IMG/VR virus record: IMGVR_UViG_3300008113_000146
Coordinates: 1 to 52,875 of that record
Reading direction: 5' to 3' (one strand)
Length of the DNA: 52,875 nt
From: a virus
Lineage: Duplodnaviria; Caudoviricetes
Shown here: positions 15,101 through 24,459 of the stretch, one piece after another
How positions within the stretch are numbered: the first letter of the stretch is position 1
Layout of the letters: each line of letters starts with the position of its first letter
Notes under the pieces: generated by a model
What the model was told of the DNA's origin: nothing
Database searches by the model: none
The model's input: only the letters and a program-made list of their open reading frames with translations
Made by a program: the position numbers and the translations under genes

Positions 15101-16498
15101 GCAAGCTTTGCAACAACAGTAACAAATAGCCTTTCACTAAAGGCTCCGCTTGCAAGCCCAACATTTACTGGAACAGTTACACTTCCTCTAACTACAGAAG
15201 GATATGTCAAAACTTCAGCATCTGGTGTGATATCTTCATCTTCAGCAATAGCTCAAGCAGATGTAACTAACTTAACAACAGATCTTGCAGCAAAGGCACC
15301 TTTATCTGGGCCTACATTTAGCGGAACTGTTGTTTTGCCATCAACTACATCAATTGGCAATGTCTCAGCAATTGAGATCGGTTATATTGATGGTGTTACT
15401 TCAGCAATTCAAACTCAGTTAGATGCTAAAGCTCCGCTTGCAAATCCTACATTTAGTGGAACTGTAAGTCTTCCAAATAATACAGTTACAAATGCAATGC
15501 TTGCAGGATCTATTGCAAACAATAAGCTGGCTAACTCAAGTATTACAATTAACGGAACGGCAGTATCATTAGGATCATCCTATACTATTCCAGTAACATC
15601 TCAAGCAACCCCATCTGCTTTAGGAACCGTATATGGCTTAATGAATACTACATTAAACAACACAGCTATTGGAAATCTTTCTTCATCAAATATAACTACT
15701 GGTATAAATAACACCGCATTTGGAGAAGAATCATTAGCACTCCTATCAGTTGGATCAAATAACTCTATATTTGGTTATCAAGCAGCCTCTAACTCATTAG
15801 GAGCTAGTGATAACGTTATTGTCGGTTTCTTTGCAGGAGGCACCTTAGTAAATGGTCAAAATAATATAATTATTGGTTCTGGAGCAAATTCATCAGGCCC
15901 AGATGTTTCAAATGAAATTACTTTTGGTAACAATCAGATAACTGCATTTAGAATTCCTGGAATTGGTTTGAATTTAACATCAGCAAATCCAGTAGTTACA
16001 TTAACTGATGCACAAAACTTGACTAATAAAGTTTTAACAGAGCCTTCTATTATTAGTCCAGTATTTTCAGGAGGCGTAGTTGTTCCAGAGCCAACTCTGG
16101 ACTCACATGCAATAAATAAAGGTTATTTAACAGCAGAACTTGCTCAAGCAGTAGGTAGCGATATTATGCCGTTAGATGATTTATCCCCAACATTTGATGG
16201 ATCACAATCGAGGTTTAGATTGACGTTTAATGGTGATGCATTTCAACCACAAAACCCATATAAGCTTTTAATAACGATTAATGGTATAATTCAAATACTG
16301 GGAAACCAAGATCAACATTGGCTAAGTCAGATTCCAGCCGACGGTTATTTCTTTGATGAAGATGGTTATATTCAGTTTGGAGAACCAATTCCAACTGGAT
16401 CATCATTTGAAGGAAGATACATGTCAGGACCAGAATCACAAGACGTCAAAAAATCTAGATATCCATTTAGAGCAGTGGATATATTATTAGGAGATTAA
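12134..16498 (+). CDS. Long tail-fibre-like protein with an Mtd_N-type N-terminal domain
   Basis: IQLRRDTAANW...GEIGVETDT..IKIGDG N-terminus; repeated shaft modules; start GTG 12134 chosen by GGAGG spacing (track gives 12128). Confidence 0.85.
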   Translation: MAIRIQLRRDTAANWATYNPILRAGEIGVETDTQRIKIGDGTGTWSSRPYINVLPSELTELSQDAVNSALTAGNGITKVYDDAANTLTLSVDTSVIANKTYVDTAVSNLIDSAPGVLDTLNELAAAIGDDANFVTTITNNIATAKSEAITASNLYTDGRETAEIAARNAAILVAINALTTTDIEEGTNLYFTAERAQDAVNDALVAGNGITKSYDDTANTITISVTDSVITEAAQDAVNSALTAGTALTKIYDDSTNSLTINLDDTAVNPGAYGSQTKIPTFTVDQQGRLTAAGEADVATTLGISGDTGNTSINLLTETVQVSGGEGIDVAVTNNTITVSAEDATAGNKGVASFNITDFTVTGGDVAINHEMIQDVVGEMVSTNSESGISVTYDDTNGKLDFNVADPTITLSGDVTGSATMTNLGNVTITTAIEPNSVALGTDTTGDYVGSISGTTNEITVSGSGAENAAVTIGLPDDVTITNDLSVGGDLVVSGDFTVNGTNFAASATSITIEDNMVQLAHQNPANTVDLGVVVAYNDGTAKHSGIVRDVSEDKWKLFKGVTTEPSTTVDFTQGSLDNLKVAGLEASSLTVGDVSNTEIGYLNGVTSGVQGQIDLKAPLDSPDLTGTPTAPTATGTTNTTQIATTAFVQTKHGEALDYTDAAIITLGNTSTSTYVPLSSLEQPDGVATLNSLGKVPLTQIDTSLIQERVTGITDTEIGYLNGVTSNIQTQIDTKANSSDITELAQDAVNTAIVAGTGLDKTYDDVANTITIDIDSTVTTNSGTQTLSNKTLESPTINGATIGGNIVPSSNGVYDLGSSTNKFKDLYLSGATLYLDTAALQLDTGNIKFSHSGNSTTIPIGGGNHTVATLDGVQTINHKTFNTPKINEDVALTATSTELNILDGATLSTTELNYVDGVTSAIQTQIDTKAPLASPALTGTPTAPTATAGTDTTQIATTAFVQDAIELVVGAAPAALNTLSELADALNDDASFATTVTNSLSLKAPLASPTFTGTVTLPLTTEGYVKTSASGVISSSSAIAQADVTNLTTDLAAKAPLSGPTFSGTVVLPSTTSIGNVSAIEIGYIDGVTSAIQTQLDAKAPLANPTFSGTVSLPNNTVTNAMLAGSIANNKLANSSITINGTAVSLGSSYTIPVTSQATPSALGTVYGLMNTTLNNTAIGNLSSSNITTGINNTAFGEESLALLSVGSNNSIFGYQAASNSLGASDNVIVGFFAGGTLVNGQNNIIIGSGANSSGPDVSNEITFGNNQITAFRIPGIGLNLTSANPVVTLTDAQNLTNKVLTEPSIISPVFSGGVVVPEPTLDSHAINKGYLTAELAQAVGSDIMPLDDLSPTFDGSQSRFRLTFNGDAFQPQNPYKLLITINGIIQILGNQDQHWLSQIPADGYFFDEDGYIQFGEPIPTGSSFEGRYMSGPESQDVKKSRYPFRAVDILLGD

Positions 16499-16502
16499 GA
16501 AT

Positions 16503-19500
16503 ATGGCAAGAAAAGTACTACTAGAAACATCTTATACATTTACTCCGTCAACACGGACTATTTCGATTCCAAAAACAATCCTCAGAGAGAGATTGCTTTT
16601 AATTACAAACGTAACATCAAATCAGGTTATTTATAACTTCTCAGACCCAAGCATGGGTGCAACATCATACTCTGCTACTACAGACACCAACATGGTTGAA
16701 AATACCACAATGGTTCTTGAGTTTAATACAGCCTCAATGTCTGCAACAGACAAGTTGATGTTTACAATTGATACATTTGATGAAAGCTTTACTCCAGCAG
16801 AAACTCAGCTAGACCCAACAAATAAGTTTAGAGTTTCTTCTCCACAGGCATTGATCGATACCGACTTTGAATACGGTACACAGGTTTCTAAGTGGGAAAA
16901 CTTAGGTCTTTATAACAACAGACCATTTTCATATGCAAAGCCAACTCCTATTTCAAATATCTCATCAATTAGCTTGCCATCAGATTCAAGAACTGTAACA
17001 GTAACTCTGTCATCTGGAACAGCTCCAGCAAACGGAACACCAATTTCAGTTATTGACACATTTTTGCAGATTGCAAATGGTAACTTTATTATTGAAAACG
17101 GTGGTGGATCAAACTCATTTACATACACAGCTGCCGCAAAAAACAGAACTACAATTACACAGATCTTAGATGCAAATAAAACAATTGTCCAAGAAGGAGT
17201 TTTGTTTAGTGGTGCTCGAATTGGAGCATCAGCAACATTGACCTACACTGGAAGAAAAATTACTGTAACCACAACAATTCCTCACGGCCTTGCTCTGGGC
17301 AATGAAATTGTTATTTTAGGTGCAACAGCAACAACAAACCCTCCAAATGGAAACCAAGAAGTTGCTCAAGTTATTAGCGCAACACAATTTGCTTTCTACC
17401 ATGATGCGGCCCCAACAGGAACATTAGGTGGAGGAGTACAGGTATATGTAAGACCACAGTCTACATTCTTCCACAGACCTCATGATGGCGGTGTGCTATT
17501 TGGTACTAACGCAGGATCAAACTATGCACAATGTATTCGTCAAACACGTCGTTACTTTAGATACCAGTCAGGTAAAGGCCTTCAGATGTCATCAGGTACA
17601 ATTCTAAAGCCTTACGCTGGAATTGAAAACATTACATCTAACAACTCAACAACTGTTACTGTTCAAACAAAAGAAAAGCATAATCTACAGCCAGGAACAG
17701 TAATTAAAATTGGTGGATGTACACAAACAGCATACAACGGTACGTTTACTATTAACAATATTTTGACAGCAGATAAGTTCCAATATACAGCTTTATCTAT
17801 TCCGTCAGCTACAGTTGCAACTGGAGAATTCTATGCATCTGTAGAAGGATGGTATGGTTGCCAAAACAAACTTGGAATGTTTGATAATCAAAATGGTTTA
17901 TACTGGGAATATGATGGAAGCCAGCTTTATGCAGTTCGTAGAAACTCAACATTCCAGCTATCTGGAAAGGTAACTGTAGCAGAAGGTTCAGCAACTGTTC
18001 TTCAAACAAGCGTTGATTTTCCAACATATTTCTCTAAGCAATTAATTCCAGGAGATTATATTGTTATTAGAGGTCAGTCCTATAAGATTCAAGACATTGC
18101 AACAGATACATCTATGACAATCAGCCCAGCTTATCGTGGAGCTAGCGCAACATACTGTATCGTTTCAAAAACACAAGAAAAGCGAATTCCTCAGTCAGAG
18201 TTCAACTTAGATAAGATTGACGGAACAGGACCATCTCAGTACAATATTGATCTTTCAAAAATGCAGATGTTCTACATCGACTACACATGGTACGGTGCAG
18301 GATTTATTCGTTGGGGTGTAAGAGGTCCAAAGGGTAACGTTATTTATGTACACAAGATGCCAAATAACAACATTAATACTGAAGCCTACATGCGCTCAGG
18401 TAACTTGCCTGGTAGATACGAATCTACAACTGTTCCGCCTTACACAATTATTACACAAGATGTATTAACAACAGACGCAGCACTAACAGTTGCATCAACA
18501 GCTGGATTCCCTAACTCTGGAACACTTGTTGTCAGAAATGCTACTACATATGAGTATATGAATTACTCAGGTAAATCAGCAACTTCATTTACTGGTCTTA
18601 CAAGAGCTAAGGCTGGAAATGATAACTTATCTGTTACAATTCAAGCAGGTTCAAGTACTGGAACAGTAGCAAGCAATACTGGTTTACAGGTTGGACAAAG
18701 AGTAATTTCAGATGCATTCCCAGAAGGAACATTTATTTCTTCTATCAGTAACCTAACAATTGGATTCAGCAAAGCAGCACTTACAAATGATCCAACTGGT
18801 GTTATTGTAGCTCCTATGGGTGCAACATCAGCACAACTCTTTACATATATATCAACCGCTCCAATTATGGTTGAACTTGCATATCCATCATTTGCAGCAT
18901 CTATCTCACACTGGGGTACATCGGTAATTATGGATGGTCGCTTTGATGATGATAAATCTCTCGTCTTTACATACGGACAGAGAACATCAACATCAGTATC
19001 GTCTGGTTCATCAAGAGCGCTGTTCTCAATTAGAGTGGCGCCTTCTGCAGACAACGGTATTGCAGCACCATTCGGTTCACGAGAAATTGTAAACAGAATG
19101 CAGCTCACACTTAAGGCTCTGGATGTTACAACATCTACTACAGGTGCAAACCTTCTTGTTACAGCAATTCTAAACGGAGTTCCTTCAACCTCCACAGCTT
19201 GGACAAATGCTGTAGGAAACGTTGCTGGTGTTGCTAACTCATCACTTGCACAAATTGCAGACTACTCTGGTGGATCAACAACAGTTTCTGGTGGAGAAGT
19301 CACAGCTGGTTTCTTCGTAGGATCTGGTGCAAACTCAATTGATTTATCAAACGTTCGTGATTTGGGTAACTCAATTCTCGGTGGAGGATCAACAGCAGCA
19401 AACACTGCAATTTACCCAGATGGTCCAGACGTCCTAACAATTGTTGTTCAAAATATTGGTGGATCAACTGCATCAGTGTTCGGACGACTATCATGGACAG

Positions 19501-19514
19501 AGGCTCAGGCGTAA
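16503..19514 (+). CDS. Large virion structural protein
   Basis: T/S/G-rich; repeated TVTTxxxHxLxxG modules; PQALIDTDFEYG and RQTRRYFRYQSGKG blocks. Confidence 0.8.
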   Translation: MARKVLLETSYTFTPSTRTISIPKTILRERLLLITNVTSNQVIYNFSDPSMGATSYSATTDTNMVENTTMVLEFNTASMSATDKLMFTIDTFDESFTPAETQLDPTNKFRVSSPQALIDTDFEYGTQVSKWENLGLYNNRPFSYAKPTPISNISSISLPSDSRTVTVTLSSGTAPANGTPISVIDTFLQIANGNFIIENGGGSNSFTYTAAAKNRTTITQILDANKTIVQEGVLFSGARIGASATLTYTGRKITVTTTIPHGLALGNEIVILGATATTNPPNGNQEVAQVISATQFAFYHDAAPTGTLGGGVQVYVRPQSTFFHRPHDGGVLFGTNAGSNYAQCIRQTRRYFRYQSGKGLQMSSGTILKPYAGIENITSNNSTTVTVQTKEKHNLQPGTVIKIGGCTQTAYNGTFTINNILTADKFQYTALSIPSATVATGEFYASVEGWYGCQNKLGMFDNQNGLYWEYDGSQLYAVRRNSTFQLSGKVTVAEGSATVLQTSVDFPTYFSKQLIPGDYIVIRGQSYKIQDIATDTSMTISPAYRGASATYCIVSKTQEKRIPQSEFNLDKIDGTGPSQYNIDLSKMQMFYIDYTWYGAGFIRWGVRGPKGNVIYVHKMPNNNINTEAYMRSGNLPGRYESTTVPPYTIITQDVLTTDAALTVASTAGFPNSGTLVVRNATTYEYMNYSGKSATSFTGLTRAKAGNDNLSVTIQAGSSTGTVASNTGLQVGQRVISDAFPEGTFISSISNLTIGFSKAALTNDPTGVIVAPMGATSAQLFTYISTAPIMVELAYPSFAASISHWGTSVIMDGRFDDDKSLVFTYGQRTSTSVSSGSSRALFSIRVAPSADNGIAAPFGSREIVNRMQLTLKALDVTTSTTGANLLVTAILNGVPSTSTAWTNAVGNVAGVANSSLAQIADYSGGSTTVSGGEVTAGFFVGSGANSIDLSNVRDLGNSILGGGSTAANTAIYPDGPDVLTIVVQNIGGSTASVFGRLSWTEAQA

Positions 19515-19526
19515 GGGAGCAAACAG

Positions 19527-20027
19527 ATGGCTCTTAATAAGGGTAAGTTTAATTACGATGCAGACCTACAGGTTAATTCAATATCTGTAAAGCAATCTGC
19601 AGGATTTTCAGGAAATACTACCCTAGCTGGAAGTATAAGGTTGACTGGGTCTCTCGATCTTTCGGGAGGCACAGTCACCTTTTCAGACGGTGTACAATCA
19701 AGACAAGCCGTTCCATCTTTAACAACAATCAATACTAAATACTATAGTTATACATTAAGCAACTTAAATGAAAGAGATTCAATTATTGATATGAGAATGA
19801 CTGCTGCAAATACAGTTACAATTCCAGCAGATACAATTGTAAACTTTCCAGTGGGTACGACTATAGATATTCTCCAATCTGGAGCTGGACAAACAACAAT
19901 CCAGGCAGGTGATGGAGTAGTATTAAACTTTACACCAGGTAAAAAATTAAGATTCCAGTGGTCAATGGCCACAATTTTAAAAAGAGATGCCAACACTTGG
20001 CTTCTATTCGGAGATTTAACAGCGTAA
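19527..20027 (+). CDS. Fibre-associated structural protein
   Basis: TVTIP...FPVGTTIDILQSGAGQTTI...LRFQWS..TILKR..NTWLLFGDL C-terminal module. Confidence 0.75.
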   Translation: MALNKGKFNYDADLQVNSISVKQSAGFSGNTTLAGSIRLTGSLDLSGGTVTFSDGVQSRQAVPSLTTINTKYYSYTLSNLNERDSIIDMRMTAANTVTIPADTIVNFPVGTTIDILQSGAGQTTIQAGDGVVLNFTPGKKLRFQWSMATILKRDANTWLLFGDLTA

Positions 20028-20041
20028 GAAAGGTTCTTTAA

Positions 20042-21661
20042 ATGGGAAAAAAAGTTGGTAGAAGAGCACAGTTATCTGGTGACTTTGAACTTCCAGTTCC
20101 ACCTATCAATGTAACATTAACTGATGTTGGAACAAACCGTCCATTTAATAATGCATCAGGAGTTGTTTCTTTTGAATATCCTCCAAATCAGCTACCAATT
20201 ATTAGCTATACAGCTGTAATTAATTGTGGTGCACAAGGAACATTTACAGAAGTTGGTACATCTTCTCCAATTACAATTATTGGTATACCAGCAAATGCAG
20301 TAGGTACAGCAAGAGTAACTGCAACTAACGCAAATGGAACATCTGATCCATCACTACCTTCTCTTTCTACTACATTTACAACGGTTCCAGCAGCTCCAAC
20401 TGGTGTTACTGCTTCTTCCACAACTACTGGCCCAGACCATAGCACAGCAGGAGATCAAACTACCACCCCAGGACAACGTGGACAAGATACTGTTACATGG
20501 AACGCTCCAAATAACGGTGGAAAAGCTTTAAGCAAATATATTATTACATCCTCAGACACAACAGTGCAACCAGGAGGATTATCATCTCCATACGAAGTTG
20601 TTGGAAATCCACCTGCAACAACAATTAACATTAGAGAAACAATGGCAAGTTCTCAAACATACACAGTTGTCGCTGTAAATGCTAATGGAAATTCTTTAAG
20701 CGCATCTTCTGGACAGGTTACAACATTCTTTTCCCCTCCATCATTCTTTGCACCTCCTAACTTCTTTGCCCCACCTAATTTCTTTGCTCCACCAAACTTC
20801 TTTGCGCCACCAAACTTCTTTGCCCCACCAAACTTCTTTGTGCCGCCACTATTCTTTGCACCACCAAACTTCTTTGTGCCGCCACTATTCTTTGCACCAC
20901 CATCATTCTTCACGCCACCAAGATTCTTTGCACCACCAGATTTCTTTGTGCCACCTAACTTCTTTCTTCCACCAGCATTTTTTGCTCCTCCGAGATTCTT
21001 TGCCCCTCCAGGCTTCTTCTCGCCTCCAAGATTCTTTGCCCCTCCAGGCTTCTTCTCGCCTCCGAGATTTTTTGCTCCTCCGAGATTCTTCTCACCTCCT
21101 AGATTCTTTGCACCGCCAACATTTTGTATTCCAGAAAATACAAATGTTTTAACAAAAGACGGTTACAAGAAAGCAAAAGATATCACAACAGAAGATACAT
21201 TGGTAACTGTTTTGTTTGATAATATTCCAGAAGGCGATCCAGCATGTACTGTCGGAGACATTACTAGAAGCTGTATTGAAGACGTTGCTTCTTGGAAAAC
21301 TATTGATTTAGGAAATCCAACATATAATGAATCAAAGGTATATAATATAACTGAAAGATTACACGAATATGTTGTAAGAATTAATAATGATGAAAAATAT
21401 GAGCTGTCTCAGAACGAACAAATTTTAGTTAAAAGAGATGGAAAATATATTTTGCCAGAAACAATAGATCTTAAAATTGGAGACGAAATTGTTTCATATA
21501 ACAATAATTCAATAGAATTAATTTTTATTGAAAATATTGAAACAGTTCCAAAGGAGTCAAAGGTATTTTTGATATATAGAGAACCTTGGGGACTCCTTGT
21601 AGCCGAGTCTATGCTTGCATATAACGGATGTAATGTTAATCAAACACCATTGACTAACTGA
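20042..21661 (+). CDS. FN3-FN3-(FFxPPx)22-Hint domain protein
   Basis: Two FN3-like domains (VTATNANGTSDPS; VTWNAPNNGGKALSKY...YTVVAVNANGNS), 22 hexapeptide repeats (aa 229-360), Hint-like domain from Cys362. Confidence 0.85.
   Translation: MGKKVGRRAQLSGDFELPVPPINVTLTDVGTNRPFNNASGVVSFEYPPNQLPIISYTAVINCGAQGTFTEVGTSSPITIIGIPANAVGTARVTATNANGTSDPSLPSLSTTFTTVPAAPTGVTASSTTTGPDHSTAGDQTTTPGQRGQDTVTWNAPNNGGKALSKYIITSSDTTVQPGGLSSPYEVVGNPPATTINIRETMASSQTYTVVAVNANGNSLSASSGQVTTFFSPPSFFAPPNFFAPPNFFAPPNFFAPPNFFAPPNFFVPPLFFAPPNFFVPPLFFAPPSFFTPPRFFAPPDFFVPPNFFLPPAFFAPPRFFAPPGFFSPPRFFAPPGFFSPPRFFAPPRFFSPPRFFAPPTFCIPENTNVLTKDGYKKAKDITTEDTLVTVLFDNIPEGDPACTVGDITRSCIEDVASWKTIDLGNPTYNESKVYNITERLHEYVVRINNDEKYELSQNEQILVKRDGKYILPETIDLKIGDEIVSYNNNSIELIFIENIETVPKESKVFLIYREPWGLLVAESMLAYNGCNVNQTPLTN
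20726..21121 (+). repeat. Coding tandem repeat, 22 x 18 nt (FFxPPx)
   Basis: Counted directly; F,F,P,P are invariant while synonymous codons vary. Confidence 0.97.
21125..21625 (+). other. Hint (Hedgehog/intein-like) domain, no endonuclease
   Basis: CIPENTNVLTKDGYKKAKDI block A, DLKIGDEI, block F/G-like VFLIYREPWGLLVAESMLAYN; 167 aa; catalytic His positions are substituted. Confidence 0.75.
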
Positions 21662-21678
21662 TTATAAAATGCTATCAT
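21650..21678 (+). promoter_or_regulatory. Promoter for the oxygenase operon (leaderless first gene)
   Basis: TTGACT (21650-21655), 17-nt spacer, TATCAT (21673-21678) with an extended TG; ATG follows 7 nt later. Confidence 0.75.
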
Positions 21679-21685
21679 ATTTGAT

Positions 21686-22324
21686 ATGATATATAATAAA
21701 CAGCAATTATATCCAGGAATCTGGAGATATCCAGACGTATTTAAAAAAGACCTAAATTTAATTGAAAGAATTGAAAAAGAGGTCTCTTTAGATAATACTA
21801 AATGGAATAAGGCTCAAGTTTCACTAGAAGAAACAGATTTAAATTACAGAGACTGCCAAGACTTTAAATTATCTGCTTTAGGTAAAGAGCATGATTTATA
21901 TAAAGATATATATAATTGTCAAAAAGATCCAGTAGAAGACTTTTGCAGTATGTATTCAATTAAAATGGATTTTTGGGAATGGACTAATATTATTAAGTAT
22001 TATCCAAACCAATTTTTTGAAGAACACGCTGATGATGGATGGTCTTATAAATGTGCCGTTTCATTAGTCGGATATCCAAATGATGGTTATACTGGCGGAG
22101 GCCTATATTTTCCAAAATTTGATTTATTAGTAGAGCCAAAACTTGGAGATTTAATTATATTTCCATCTTCATTTATTTACTCTCACGTTGCTTTACCAGT
22201 AGAGTCGGGAATAAAATATTGTTTTGTAACAATGCTTGATTATAATGATGATGCACATACAGAAGAATATGATAAATATATAGATATAAAATACAAAAAA
22301 GAAAGAGAATATTATGCTACCTAA
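21686..22324 (+). CDS. 2OG-Fe(II) oxygenase, P4H-like (1)
   Basis: EHADD, YPNDGYTGGGLYFP, YSHVALPV, KY. Confidence 0.9.
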   Translation: MIYNKQQLYPGIWRYPDVFKKDLNLIERIEKEVSLDNTKWNKAQVSLEETDLNYRDCQDFKLSALGKEHDLYKDIYNCQKDPVEDFCSMYSIKMDFWEWTNIIKYYPNQFFEEHADDGWSYKCAVSLVGYPNDGYTGGGLYFPKFDLLVEPKLGDLIIFPSSFIYSHVALPVESGIKYCFVTMLDYNDDAHTEEYDKYIDIKYKKEREYYAT

Positions 22325-23054
22325 TGCTGAAACAATTTATCCTGGAATCATTGTTTATAGAAATGTTTTTCCAAAGGAGTATGAATTTGATAGAAGGCTA
22401 GAAGCCGTGCTCTCTAAAACTCAAGGCAAGAAGCATTGGAATTTAGCACAGACTGGCTATGATACACTAAACAAGGATTATAGAGACGCCTGGGATTTTA
22501 AAATTAAAGAGCACGATGGTGGATCTTTAATGCTTGGTAATGGAAACTTTGTTGAGCCAAAAGATTTTACTGAAGATGAAATTGAATTAAGACAAATCTG
22601 GAGAGAAGCAAAGTCTCTTCAAATGGCTGCGGTAGCAGACTACATGCAGATGTTTCAAATCCCACCACTAAACTATTGGGAATCTTTTAATTTTATTAAG
22701 TATGCAAAAGACCAACATTTTAATGTTCATTCAGATCATGGATATTCTTATGTTTGTGTGCTTTCTTCTGTAGGATATATTAACGATGATTACGAGGGTG
22801 GAGAGCTTTTCTTTGACAAGCTTGGGGTTAGTGTAAAACCAAAAGCTGGCGACCTATATTTATTCCCATCATCCTTTATATATTCTCATGCTGCAATGCC
22901 AGTAAAATCAGGAACAAAATATGCAATTGTTACAATGTTAGATTATCAAGAAGCTCCTCATACACCGCTATATAGAGAAATTGAAGCAAGCTACGAATAT
23001 AATCATACAACTGAAGGGAAGAAGTTTAAACCAGCAGAACAAAGGGACAGATAG
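22314..23054 (+). CDS. 2OG-Fe(II) oxygenase, P4H-like (2)
   Basis: VHSDH, YINDDYEGGELFF, YSHAAMPV, KY; paralogue of the previous gene. Confidence 0.9.
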   Translation: MLPNAETIYPGIIVYRNVFPKEYEFDRRLEAVLSKTQGKKHWNLAQTGYDTLNKDYRDAWDFKIKEHDGGSLMLGNGNFVEPKDFTEDEIELRQIWREAKSLQMAAVADYMQMFQIPPLNYWESFNFIKYAKDQHFNVHSDHGYSYVCVLSSVGYINDDYEGGELFFDKLGVSVKPKAGDLYLFPSSFIYSHAAMPVKSGTKYAIVTMLDYQEAPHTPLYREIEASYEYNHTTEGKKFKPAEQRDR

Positions 23055-23753
23055 TTGATTAATTTTGATGCCTATAAGACTGATGGGCCAAAAACAATAT
23101 TGTCGCCGCTAAAATTGCAAAGAGATTGGATGCAAGACAACGAATATTCATATAACTGCTTTCCTTTGTCTTTAGCAAATAAATTGGGTTGGGGTATTTC
23201 TTTTCCAGAAGACATATCGTTTGTTTGGAATGATAGCAACAATGAGTCTGGCATAGAGATATTAAGTGGTGAAGAGTATTGCTATTTTGATCGTGGAGAA
23301 TCTGTAATTTGTTTTCCAACTGATCTTGTTTTTAAAACAAATTCAGATCTAAGCATTTTAACAATGCCAGTGCCAAACCAGATCATTGATGGTGTGCAAT
23401 GCTTAACTTCTGTAATATCATCTTCTTTTTATACAGCAGGATTCCAGGTAATATGGAAAGTTTTAACTAAAAATAAGGTTATTACTATTAAAGCTGGCAC
23501 ACCAGTAGCAGCCATAATTCCAATATCTTTATCTGTATTAAACGATTCTTCAATAACAGTTCACGATAAAACCATTCCAGATCAAAAGCATAATCAAGAC
23601 TATATGAAAAAAATGAAAGAATATAGTATAATTAAAGACAGGTTTACTGGCTGGTATAAAAATGCCACAGATCAGTACGGTAATATAATTGGCGAGCACG
23701 AGACAAAAAGCATAAAGCTTTATGTTATAGAAGAAAAGAAAAAAGATGATTAA
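23055..23753 (+). CDS. DUF6065-like protein (1)
   Basis: RDWM...YNCFPLSLANKLGWGISFP signature; TTG start. Confidence 0.75.
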   Translation: MINFDAYKTDGPKTILSPLKLQRDWMQDNEYSYNCFPLSLANKLGWGISFPEDISFVWNDSNNESGIEILSGEEYCYFDRGESVICFPTDLVFKTNSDLSILTMPVPNQIIDGVQCLTSVISSSFYTAGFQVIWKVLTKNKVITIKAGTPVAAIIPISLSVLNDSSITVHDKTIPDQKHNQDYMKKMKEYSIIKDRFTGWYKNATDQYGNIIGEHETKSIKLYVIEEKKKDD

Positions 23754-24459
23754 TATAGATGTCTACAAGATTTCAGACGACTCTGCAAATATTGAACCAC
23801 TTTCTGCAAAGAGAGACTGGATGGATGCAACCGATCATAAGCATGCATATAGATGTTTCCCATTAACATTAACTAACCAGCTAGGCTGGGGAATTTCTTT
23901 TCCAGAAGACATAACTTTTATGTGGGACGGAGTAACAAGTACATCTCCAGATAATGTTAAAGTTCTTCAAGGTGAAAAGTACTGTGAAACTGGAAGAGGA
24001 CATGCAACAATTAATTTTAAAACTAATTTAACAATTAGAACAGATTCTAATCACAGCTTATTATCTTTTCCAGTACCTAATAGCTTTACAGATGGAGCAA
24101 GCGCAGTTACAAGTATTTTAAGTACATCTTTTTTTGAAGGCACATTACCAGTAGCATGGAAAATTACAAGGCCATTTGTTCCAATCACAATTAAAGCCAA
24201 CCAACCACTTATTGCTGTTATGCCAATATCTCTTACTGATCTTAATAACTCTACAGCTAAAATGTATCCAGGGTATATGGCTCCAGCAATTGAAAGAGAA
24301 ATCCCATTGACACTAGAAGGTGCAATGGAGGCAGCAGCAAAAGCAAATGCAGAGGGAACCTGGACAGACTACTATAGAGAAGCCGTAGATTACATGGGTA
24401 ACAAACTTGGAAACCATGAGGTTAAATCAATTAAATTAAACGTAGAGAAGATGCTATAG
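23746..24459 (+). CDS. DUF6065-like protein (2)
   Basis: RDWMDATDHKHAYRCFPLTLTNQLGWGISFP; paralogue of the previous gene. Confidence 0.8.
   Translation: MINIDVYKISDDSANIEPLSAKRDWMDATDHKHAYRCFPLTLTNQLGWGISFPEDITFMWDGVTSTSPDNVKVLQGEKYCETGRGHATINFKTNLTIRTDSNHSLLSFPVPNSFTDGASAVTSILSTSFFEGTLPVAWKITRPFVPITIKANQPLIAVMPISLTDLNNSTAKMYPGYMAPAIEREIPLTLEGAMEAAAKANAEGTWTDYYREAVDYMGNKLGNHEVKSIKLNVEKML

Noticed and set aside
12134-16498. Diversity-generating retroelement suggested by the Mtd_N-like domain
   Set aside because: No reverse transcriptase, no template/variable repeat pair and no C-type lectin C-terminus seen in the window
10456-20445. Numerous antisense ORFs in the fibre genes (also at 32355-34045 and 39504-44963)
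   Set aside because: They are shadow frames of strongly biased sense-strand codons and have no initiation signals
20726-21121. 18-nt periodic repeat considered as a CRISPR array or non-coding satellite
   Set aside because: There are no unique spacers and no cas genes; variation is mostly synonymous within an open frame, so it is a coding repeat
20726-21121. Resemblance of FF/PP units to fungal and plant cyclic peptides such as antamanide
   Set aside because: Compositional similarity only; no leader or follower sequences and no prolyl oligopeptidase-type cyclase in the window
20653-21152. Alternative-frame ORFs over the repeat (GGAKKF repeats on minus; His/Leu-rich on plus)
   Set aside because: They are by-products of a stop-free repeat and lack RBS or promoter support
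21125-21625. Mobile intein with a homing endonuclease
   Set aside because: Only 167 aa, no LAGLIDADG motifs, no +1 Cys/Ser/Thr, and not inserted in a conserved enzyme
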